Below are positions 54,131 to 64,000 of a DNA stretch of 64,000 bases, piece after piece. Source of the DNA: Octopus bimaculoides (Eukaryota). The stretch is from the NCBI RefSeq assembly GCF_001194135.2, contig NC_068982.1, positions 39,398,828 through 39,462,827 of the forward strand, given 5' to 3'. The number at the start of each line of letters is the position of its first letter. The stretch's first letter is position 1. The position numbers and the translations under genes are program-made. The notes below the pieces were generated by a model. That model was given only the letters and a program-made list of their open reading frames with translations, had not been told where the DNA came from and ran no database searches.

Positions 54131-54949
54131 GTGACAGACAAATGCTTCCAAATTGTCATTTTAGGAATCTATGCACGTCTGTCCCTTTCTTTCCATTCTA
54201 CTCTTTCGCACATACACACAGCAGTCTACCGCGTGAGCTAACGAGACGACCTTTGTGCCCTTGATTGACTTGCCAATAACAGCAGCCAAATTTCACTTTA
54301 AATAGCATCAACTGTCTAATAAAGGAAAGCAGTCAGTGGATAATGTTGTCCTACATATAGCCTCTAAATGAAAGATGGGATAATGAAGGCTGAAGTATTC
54401 ATTCTAGTGTTGATTTTTGGTTTAACAAACCCAGTAAAAGCTTCTGTTATTTGTCTACACTTCACTTTATCCCTTATTCTTAATTTTAACACCAGCATGT
54501 TTTCTCCTTACGCTTCTTCATTCTTTCAATGCATAGACTCGGTTTATGTTTTCTCTATTAATGCATATTGTCAGTCAACATTCTGGCAATCATATAATTC
54601 ATTCTCTCTTTGTTTCTTATATATATATATATTATATACCACATATGTGTGTGTGTTGTGTTATCAGCAGTATGTGCTTATTGTATAAATGGGCTATAGA
54701 CGGTTTCACATGCCCCAAATATTACACATATAAGAACACAAATACCTATGCAAATTTCTAATAAAATACAATATATCAAGCGACAATATGCAGTTAACAC
54801 AAATTACATAACATACAACGTGAAAGAAATATTATTTTCGGCTTTTGTTACCAGCAAAAATATCAATTATGTGGTCAAAACTTTGCCAAGAGACATACTT
54901 TCGTTCGATATTCAGTATTGTTACACTGTTTAGTCGTGTGTGACGCATT

Positions 54950-56100
54950 GTACTCATCAGATTTTTGTTGAAGACAGCAAAAAGCCATAAAGATTATTCT
55001 TGCCAACAGTTTCAACAACCCAGCAACAGTTGCCTGTAGACTTGGTGGTAAGCATTGATCCGCTACAAACTTTGAGTAGATGGCCTTTTGTACCTTTCAA
55101 AGCATAACTCCATAATTCGATGAAACTTGTTGCACTAGGACTGGAGATAAACACCCAAATACAAAGAGTATGCTTCGATCATTAGCATTAAATCTTGATT
55201 TCATTTTCACACCCATCCTATCCAAACTGAAATAACAGGAAGATATGCGATGACAGTCTTTGCCAGATTGAACTAGTGACAACTCTGTTGATGATTCACT
55301 AGCCAGAGTTTGCAATCGACGAGGTACCTATTTTCTTCGTAGACCTTTTATTTTCTTGAATCAGAATTGTGTGCCTTGGATTATTTGTTTGATAGTATCT
55401 TCTAACTCTTCAACGTATTTTCAAAGTTTTCTTCCTTTCTACAACTTACAAGAATTTCTTTGGTTGTTGTCGCTGTTCTTTCTGTTATAACAGTTACTGC
55501 TTATCCAAGACGTATTTGCTGAGGCTGTCTGTCTTTGATTGTATTATTTTCAGTGCAACCAGTTAAAAACGCATATAGAATTCAACAATGCATTGCTACT
55601 CGTATGTTTTGAACCGTAGGTAATTCTTTTTCACAATATATTTGCGACATCATGTGACTGTTTTATCTAATCTTACAATTTTTCATATCTACGAGACCAC
55701 GTAGTTGTACCCAGATTTCAGTGCATGAGAGATTTTACTTCCATCGATCAAGATGCTTTCAAAATCTTCGTTATTTGGCACTGGCCTCAAGAAATTTGTA
55801 AATGTTCTAAAAATATCCAAAACATTATGGAATGGTTCTATATCTGTCATTGCATCTCGAATAGCAAAATTTAGTTGTCCACAACGATGGACGACGGCTC
55901 CTTCAAAACATTCTCCAACCATTTTAAGTTTCAACTGAAGTACTTTCTAACAAACTCATAAAGAATACTTACCTCAGTAAAAAGTCCAACGAAAGGCTTC
56001 CTATTAATTCTGTAATGAAAAGTTAAAAGTGATGGCAAAAACGCCGAATGAGGTTTATTGCAACCTTCTCAAATATGCTGGTATGAGGTGCTTTACCAAC
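54950..56100 (-). mobile_element. Decayed hAT transposase fragment
   Basis: Minus-strand motifs in hAT order: FVGLF, VGECFEGA (cf. GQCYDGA), VVHRCGQLNFAIRDA (cf. HCxAHxLNLA), TTWSRRY (cf. TRW), Y..LD..KSRF, LLKL; multiple stops and frameshifts. Confidence 0.65.
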
Positions 56101-56300
56101 GTGTCTTGACATCATTTACTATGTTGTATAAAAAATGTCAGCTATAATATCAAGAATTTTGTCTGCAAAACAGGTGAACCCCAATAGAGTGTGTACCTGA
56201 CTGATTTTTTTTCCCCTTCATCAGGTGTCTTGGGGAAATATCGAACCTGGGTTCTCATGTAATATAACAAAGACTGGGTTCTCATTCCTAAGGTATTATC

Positions 56301-56301
56301 C

Positions 56302-56355
<54 letters not shown>

Positions 56356-56409
56356 CTTGTTCTTCTTGTTCTTCTTCTTCTTCTTCTTCTTCTTCTTCTT
56401 CTTCTTCTT

Positions 56410-56500
<91 letters not shown>
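56301..56500. repeat. (GTT)n(CTT)n(ATT)n compound microsatellite
   Basis: Directly visible; occupies the position of the internal (AAT)n tract in the left arm. Confidence 0.95.
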
Positions 56501-56692
56501 GCCACTACGGTATATGCCCAGAGGCATATGGCGTAGTGGTTAAGAGCGCGGGCTACTAACCCCAAGATTCCGAGTTCGATTTCAGGCAGTGATCTGAATA
56601 ATCGTAATAATAATAATAATAATAATAATAATAGTAATAATAACATCGAAAAATACCTTAGGGATGAGGACCCAGGTTCGAAATTTCCCCAA

Positions 56693-56738
56693 GACACCTG
56701 ATGAAGGCTGGAGGGTATATCAGCCGAAACGTTGTGTT
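56693..56738 (+). ncRNA. Minimal type-I hammerhead ribozyme, core intact
   Basis: GACAC CTGATGA A GGCTG-GAGGGTATAT-CAGCC GAAAC GTT GTGTT: 5-bp stem I, perfect 5-bp stem II, palindromic AACGTT replacing stem III, GUU triplet. Confidence 0.8.
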
Positions 56739-56972
56739 AGCAACAAACAATAACGTACATAATTTCTCATCTCTTAAATATAGAACTGAAATTATAATAC
56801 AGTTTCGTCGATAATAAATAATTGTTTAATAACACTGTCCGTCATTATTTTCATATATATATGTATGTGTGTGTGTTGTGTGTGCGTATGCTTGTGTTTG
56901 TGTGTGTGTGTAAACATATATATGGCGATACATCTACGACTGTTGTGTATAATTTATCAATTAATATCTATT

Positions 56973-57007
<35 letters not shown>

Positions 57008-57177
57008 CTGTCTTTCTCAATATCTCTCCCGCTCAGTCCTCTCTCGCTCATTTCGCTTCATTTCCTTTCCCTTATGTATGTATATATTCCATTAGCCTTT
57101 TAATTTATGCAGTTCTTTTCTCCATTTGAATAGTAACATTCTCCTGATGGAACAACCGCGCTTCCTTGTCCGCTCCA

Positions 57178-57382
57178 TCCTTCTTCTTCTTCTTCTTCTT
57201 CTTCTTCTTCTTCTTCTTCTTCTTCTTCTTCTTCTTCTTCTTCTTCTTCTTCTTTTTCTTTTTCTTTTTCTTTTACTTTTTCTTTTTCTTTTTCTTTTTC
57301 TTTTTCTTCTTCTTCTTCTTCTTCTTCTTCTTCTTCTTCTTCTTCTTCTTCTTCTTCTTCTTCTTCTTCTTCTTCTTCTTCC
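57178..57382. repeat. (CTT)n with a (CTTTTT)n core
   Basis: Directly visible; explains the poly-R/L/F ORFs. Confidence 0.95.
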
Positions 57383-57598
57383 TTTCACTACATCTCTCTT
57401 ATTTTACCTTACCACAATATTGCTTCGCAATTTATTTTATATTTCTCCATGCTATTCAGATCTACCTACCTCTCTTATCTCTAACAACCACTTTCCGTCT
57501 ATTACCTCTCTGTCTCTCTTCCTATGATCCGTTTCTTTTTATATTTCTTTTAAAATTTCCTCCCACCTATCTCTCCCTCTCGTTTCTCTTATCATCTC

Positions 57599-57643
<45 letters not shown>

Positions 57644-57653
57644 NNNNNNNNNN

Positions 57654-57705
<52 letters not shown>

Positions 57706-58154
57706 GTTTGGCTATTATAGTTTTACTAACGAGGACATTGTTTAACAAAACAATTCACCACCAACTCTACAAACATTTTATTGCCTCATTAGCAAGTATT
57801 CAACCTTACTTCATCTGACCGCTGTCAAGTTAGCAAATATTGGTGCAGTTATTAAAGCCCTACTTATCAGCAACAGCAGGATCGAACATGGGTCATATAT
57901 GTAGAACTTTAGAATAAAGCAATTAAAAGACCTACTAATATACATTGGGCATATATCAGTGGGTCTCTGGTTGGGTATTGAGGCATTGTATCATTGTACA
58001 ATACTTTTACACACTTGTGCAAACTGTTGTATCAACTTTTCAATGTTGGTAGAGTTTTGCAGCAATAAAATGTAGTGTCAAGAAAATTTGAGGATATTAT
58101 ATGACGGAAATTATAGTGACGCCTACTGGATCTACTGGTATACCTTCTCAGTGG

Positions 58155-58320
58155 TGAAGGCGTGTGACTTAGGGGTTATAATGCTGGGTACATGACCGTA
58201 AAGTCGTGGGCTCAGTTTCTGGATCAGGCAGTGAGTTGTTTCCTAAAGCAAGGCACACCAATCTCCGTTGTTCCAGTCTACTTATCTGTAATGATTTCCA
58301 GCCAGGTTGTGCTCCTGCAG
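58155..58320 (+). mobile_element. tRNA-derived SINE head (family D-like), diverged
   Basis: GAAGGCGTGTGACTTAGGGGTTATAATG...CATGACCGTAAAGTCGTGGGCTCAGTT...CCTAAAGCAAGGCAC. Confidence 0.5.
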
Positions 58321-58341
58321 TTCTTTCTTTCCCCTTTCGTT

Positions 58342-58476
<135 letters not shown>

Positions 58477-58987
58477 ATCTCTCTTTCTTTCTTTCTTTCT
58501 TTCTTTCTCTCTCTTTCATACTCTCTATCTCTTTCACTCGTTCTCTGCACTCTCACATCCTGGATGGTCTGCTGGGTTGAGGTAGCCCGTGAGGAAGTCT
58601 ATATCTGCTAGTGACAGCATAGGCACCTGAAAAAAATTAACGAAACCATGGTACATATTAGTAAGTCATACTCATTCAAGAGTGATTGGTGGTTGTACTT
58701 GTGGAGCGAACAAAGGAATCTTACCCAACTACAAGAAAAGAAATACCGATACTCCTCACCAATACTCCTAAAAAAACACCTTGAAACCTTAATTGAAGAA
58801 AGATTTCATTACACAGTATAGACTCTTATAAACGAAAAGGAAAGATAATCATCGCTATAGTTCTGCCAGATGAAGATTGAGCTGGAGCTGTATTACAAAA
58901 ATAAACACAATAAGGCCTATATATTTCTAGATGCCTATAATTGAAATAATACATACAGACATTCAAACACAGACTTGAACACACACA

Positions 58988-59053
<66 letters not shown>

Positions 59054-59129
59054 TTGAGAATGTTTTATTGAATGTGAGACTGTGTTTTATATTATATGTA
59101 CAAAAACTGATATTTTTATGGAAGCGGGG

Positions 59130-59300
59130 CTTGTCGACTAAATCGATTCCAGTTTTTTAGGTGGTACTTATGTGATCGACCCTGAAAGGTTGAAAAGCAA
59201 GGAGACAGTCGGCGGGAGTTGAAGTCAGGATAAAATGCCGGACAAAATGCCGCCAAGCAATTTGACTAGCGTACTAACGATTTTGTCGGTTCGCCGACTT
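59130..59300 (-). mobile_element. SINE family B, antisense, diverged
   Basis: GTGGTACTTATGTGATCGACCCTGAAAGG...CGTACTAACGATTTTGTCGGTTCGCCGACTT. Confidence 0.7.
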
Positions 59301-60587
59301 GCTATATTTTAATGGCAAATTTACAAACGTTTATTTATATTGTATCATTTTATCCTGAAGACAGGTTCTGATATTGATTTATTTAAACAAGACAGAACAT
59401 ATATATGAACTTCCGCACCTGCAGATGTTCGTGTTTGTCAGCTATGTAACTTCTGCTTTTATTGCACAATGTTCCCACTAACATTCTAACAAACAAAGCA
59501 CTCAAACTAAAACTTAGACGTAAACTACTTACTTGTAAAAATACGTATTCGTATCGGCTTTAGAGTCAGTCAATCTCGTATCACACTTATTTCTAGATCT
59601 AAACACATGGGCGTGGCGTCTATATCTAATTTTAAAAGTACTTACAGTTAACTTGATTTAGAAACTTCTCTGTTGCTATTTCTTAATAGCCTGCGTTTTC
59701 TAACTCACTGCCCTTTTGTCGTGCCACTTCAAGTTGCATTCGTGTTGAGTGTTGGTGGTAGATTTTTGACAGTGGTTACAGATTTTCAACTCAATGTTAC
59801 ACACAGCTAGCCGCCACAGAATTTTGTTGAAGATTTTGTGATATCAGCGTGACACAAGTTACGCATAAATTTAAACTATGAAGACAAACAAAATAGATAT
59901 TTCATTTTCTGCTTGTGATTATTTCACGTGGCTGTTGGATATATTTCAGCATTGTTAAAACTTCTAGGTACATCCCCTATATACGGGGCAGCATTACTAC
60001 GTATTTCTTGTTCTAATGAAAGGCTAAACGTGTGTTTGCTTATGTTGTCTGTAAGGTGCTTTATGATCGTGTCTGCTTAGAACTCCTGTTTAAGTTTATA
60101 AATTATTTCCTGGGTTTCTGGCATTAGTAGTGTTTTTCTTGTGTTTTGGTATATAGTATTGTATCTGGAAAATTTCACTCATTTGTATGCATCGTAAATT
60201 TTAAATCACTAAATGGTAATTATTTTCTCTTTGAGTTTATTCAAATCAAACTCATTTGTTTTATGCAGTACAGTATGTCTCCGGTCTGTGTGTTATATTT
60301 TACCTTTCAAGTTTGTAGGATATATAGTTCGCAAATTCTGAACTGTCCGCTACGTCATAGATACCCATGGATACACCGAGAAGTTCATTTCTGCATTTCT
60401 TAATTCAGAGAGTATGGCCATAAACTATTAGCAATATCCTTGCATTTATTATAATATCGATGCTAGCATGGGTTACGATTGTTCACATTTTGTCACATTC
60501 TAGAGCTTTAAAAAGCGGTTTATTAAAACCTATTGTAAATTTAACTTCATTTTCCGTGTCAGAGAGTTCTCTTACACATGGATTAAT

Positions 60588-60856
60588 ACAGTTTTATATT
60601 TAAGAGATGAGGAATTATGTACATTATTTACATTATTTACAATTGACGGATATTTGCCATCTTCTTGTTCGTTAACACAACGCTTCAGCTGATATACCCT
60701 CAAGCCTTCATCAGGTGTCTTGGGGAAATTTCGAACCTGCATTCTCATTTCTAAGGTATTTTTCGATGTAGTTACTACTATTATTATTATTATTAGTGAC
60801 CTGAATTATAATAATAATGATGATGATGATGATGATGATGATGATAGTGATTATGG

Positions 60857-60897
<41 letters not shown>

Positions 60898-61062
60898 ATG
60901 TTGATAACAACATCGAAAAATACTTTAGGAATGAGAACTCAGGTTCTAAATTTCCCCGAGAAACCTGATGAAGGCTGGAGGGTATATCAACCGAAACGCT
61001 GTGTTAACAAACAAGATGAGGACAAATATCCGTCAATTGTAAATAATGTAAATAATGTACAC
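60588..61062. mobile_element. Fold-back hammerhead-bearing element (copy 2), tRNA head largely missing
   Basis: Arms 60588-60795 and 60796-61062 are reverse complements over about 150 bp; hammerhead copies at 60674-60719 (-, GAAG mutation) and 60960-61005 (+, GCT mutation); remnant GTGACCTGAAT at the centre. Confidence 0.85.
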
Positions 61063-61364
61063 GAATTAATATTGGAGATGTCCATTAGTAGATGGAAACT
61101 GTATAGAAAGCCTTCTTGTGGATTATAAATAATTAAAAATGTACACCATTGTCGCATATTGTATCACGTTAATTACGCCTGGGAATTCTTTTACGGTTAC
61201 ACTGTCTGTAGAATGATCAGTCACTTTACATTTTAATTCAAGAGCAGGTAATTCCGTCGATCCGATAATCCTCATCGCCGAAATACGGGGGTCCAATACC
61301 ACATTATGAGTGTGTGTATGTGTGTATGTATACACACACACACACAAACACATATATTATGTAT

Positions 61365-61505
61365 AATTTTCAAATTTTGGCACAAGGCTAGTAAGTTCGG
61401 GGAAGAGAGCAAGTCTCTGTCAGGATCAAAGGCAAAGTTGTCCTCGGCGGAGTTTGAACTCCGAACGTGGAGACGGACAAAATTCTGCTAAGCGTTTTGG
61501 CCGGC
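61365..61505 (-). mobile_element. SINE family B, antisense, internally deleted
   Basis: TCAAATTTTGGCACAAGGC...GGCAAAGTTGTCCTCGGCGGAGTTTGAACTCCGAACG. Confidence 0.75.
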
Positions 61506-61646
61506 GTCTACATTAAAGGTTCATAAGTCAATACTGTGTCCTACCGTTTGCGTTAGCAGTGCTGACTCTAAATTTTATAGAAACACTGTAGAGTTAAATT
61601 TTAAAATATATGTGTGTATATATGTATGTGTGTTCGTGTGTGTGTC

Positions 61647-61797
<151 letters not shown>

Positions 61798-62248
61798 ATG
61801 TGTGTTTGTAGGCGATCGATTAGAACATCTGACACCCTAATATATCATTAAATGATAAGCGCTTTCTCCTGCAACCTCTAGAATTTGGGACATACTCCAT
61901 TATTATTGACACCGATATTAATATCATAATGAACACATGGAGTTCGTTTTTACATACGTGTACATATGTATATGTTTGAAACTATCTATCATGTATATAT
62001 ATTTACATACCTCTATGACATGATACTCTCCGAAGATTGATAGATGGCGTTTAAATTATACAGCAGGATATTGATTATGAATCCATTCTTAGTTTCAGTA
62101 ATTGGAAAATCAAATATCAAATCTTGAAGCTTTAAAGAGAATTCGTATCAATTCTGGAGTTTTATCTTCTAATTGTAAATATATTTAATTTATTTTTAAA
62201 GATAAAATAAAACTGCTGTGTATATATATATATATATATGTGTGTGTC

Positions 62249-62303
<55 letters not shown>

Positions 62304-63759
62304 ACAGAGTAGGTTTACATATACATATACATATATTTATATATATATATTTTTAGTTTTGTACATATGGATCGATGTGCAATAAGTATAGTATCATGTT
62401 TGAAGACGTAGGTGTGTACAATAAACACGCGTTGTTGTAAGTGTTAAATAAACATCAATATTTGTGTAACAGTTATGTATTCAGTGTAAATACTGTAGAA
62501 CTCTGCGTATGTAGGTCTGAGCATATTCTTACAAGTGTACAATTTTCTTTCCATATCTGCATCTTACAGTTTTCATATAATCACATACTGAATGTATTTA
62601 AATCATATTAACATTTCATAGCCAAAGCACAGGAAAACGGTCGGATAATAAAATGATGGAACATTTCGAGATGGAGTTAATCTTGTGCATACTAAATCTC
62701 TTTTAATCATTCATTTGTTCAAGAAGGTTTCCTAATGACTGACAGTTATTATTTAAGTTGAACAGATTTCATTCTTTGATCATCTGTGTTTATGATACCT
62801 TTACTTGATTTGAAAAGGTAATGAAGTATATATATATTAATTAATTCCATTATGTACAATAATTTTGCTCTTCGCAAGATCTTATTCATTGGTTAACTTG
62901 AAAGCCATAGTTGGGATTTATGTAGCTTACCCTTTCAATGATATTGCTTTGGATGACTTGTTTCTGCAATATGATTTCAATACTCCGTGAAATATCATTG
63001 CAAACAGAATTATAACTAACGACTGGTTAGTAAGCTTGAATGATAAATGTTAATGAATAGTGATTTGTGGCGGGGGAGGAGACATATTATGAATTGGAGT
63101 AAAGGGCTGCATTCATGGATTTTGTAAACTCTCCAAGATCGGCGATATTTGTGCCGTTCATTCTTCACTTGAACTGTGAGCCAATCAACGGTTGCTAGAA
63201 AAGTTGAGCAGGGATTATGAGACAGACATAACATAGGTGATGAGAGGAGAGGAAAGACGAGTAATATGGGAATATCTGAGTAATGTTGCATGAGATCAGC
63301 AGTTTCAAGCAGCAAAGGTTGAGCAGGGATTATAACCGATGCTCTAATCACTGAGACATGCACCTATAAAATAATGGTTTTAACTTTTGAGTGATCCTGA
63401 CATTAAAATTGCTCTCATAGTCAATGAGCTTACGTCGTGATGAAAGGCATCCCGGCTGTGACCATCCTATCTTAGTTTTAGACTGTACTTCAATGTGTCC
63501 TATCTAGAAAAAAAAAGGAGATTTATGATGAAATGAGTTCTAGCCGTGACAATTCCTTCTCTTTCTTTTTTGTAGACTCAATTTACGAGGAACTACATAA
63601 ATTAATATGTTCCTTTTGTATTAAATTATCAAGAATGGCTATACCCAGGAGAGTGGGGTTGATGTGATCGAATATACCCCTCGCAGAGTATATCAGGCCA
63701 AGCGCCTATAGTGAAAAAAAATAATAAAAGAGGAAAGAACATATTTATTCATTTTTTAA

Positions 63760-63975
63760 GATGGGGAATCGGCAGAACAGAGTAAACGTTTGGAATAAAT
63801 GCTTTGCGGTATTTTCTCCACCTGTTACATTTTGATTTCAAATCCAGCCTGGGTCAAGCTATGCCTTTCGTCCCTCCGGGAAGCATAGAATGGAAAACGA
63901 GTCAAGCACTGGGATCGATGGTATCGACTTACCACTTCACCCTCAAAATCTATTGGCTTTGTGCCTGCTTTCGAA
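63760..63975 (+). mobile_element. SINE family B, diverged
   Basis: GGGGAATCGGCAGAACAG...TTTCAAATCCAGCCTGGGTC...ACTGGGATCGATGGTATCGACTT. Confidence 0.7.
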
Positions 63976-64000
63976 ATCCTTTATTTTCTATACATTTCTC

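Larger units (their letters stand above)
56215..56790. mobile_element. Fold-back tRNA-headed SINE-like element with hammerhead-containing arms (copy 1)
   Basis: Left arm 56215-56305 is the reverse complement of right arm 56641-56706; axis near 56520; tRNA-like head 56523-56590 with A box TGGCGTAGTGG and B box GTTCGATT. Confidence 0.8.

Noticed and set aside
55973-56009. 37-nt minus-strand segment with strong AG and GTAAGT splice signals
   Set aside because: It lies inside the decayed hAT transposase (FVGLF motif) and no consistent exon chain could be built; exonisation cannot be excluded without RNA-seq.
56523-56590. tRNA gene with an ACT anticodon-like loop
   Set aside because: The acceptor and anticodon stems are imperfect and there is no Pol III terminator; interpreted as a SINE head.
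59419-59875. Several minus-strand splice-site pairs with short open frames
   Set aside because: Joining them needs a 47-nt intron and inconsistent phases, and the peptides are unrecognisable.
63016-63363. 115-aa minus-strand ORF with an acceptor-like start
   Set aside because: No recognisable domain; an internal duplication (ATAATCCCTGCTCAAC) is read in different frames, and the frame stops before the candidate donor.

Overview
This is AT-rich, microsatellite-saturated, gappy non-coding animal DNA. The SINE repertoire, TTAGGG repeats and N-gaps at microsatellites suggest a cephalopod, probably Octopus (inference). No host protein-coding exon could be supported: nearly all ORF-track entries are microsatellite or N-run translations, SINE read-throughs or decayed transposon fragments. 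Recognisable content includes more than 30 copies or fragments of about four tRNA-derived SINE-like families, an R4/Dong-type non-LTR 3' end (CCHC + restriction-like endonuclease), two RTE LINE fragments, a decayed hAT transposase and a Helentron-like element. The most striking feature is about ten minimal type-I hammerhead-ribozyme motifs (stem I-CUGAUGA-extra purine-stem II-GAAA-short stem III-UH-stem I) from several sequence families. Some sit in tandem or fold-back units reminiscent of Penelope-like elements and retrozymes. One family is a tRNA-headed, palindromic SINE-like element with an apparently intact ribozyme core at 56693-56738. Coordinates were read by eye and element boundaries are approximate.
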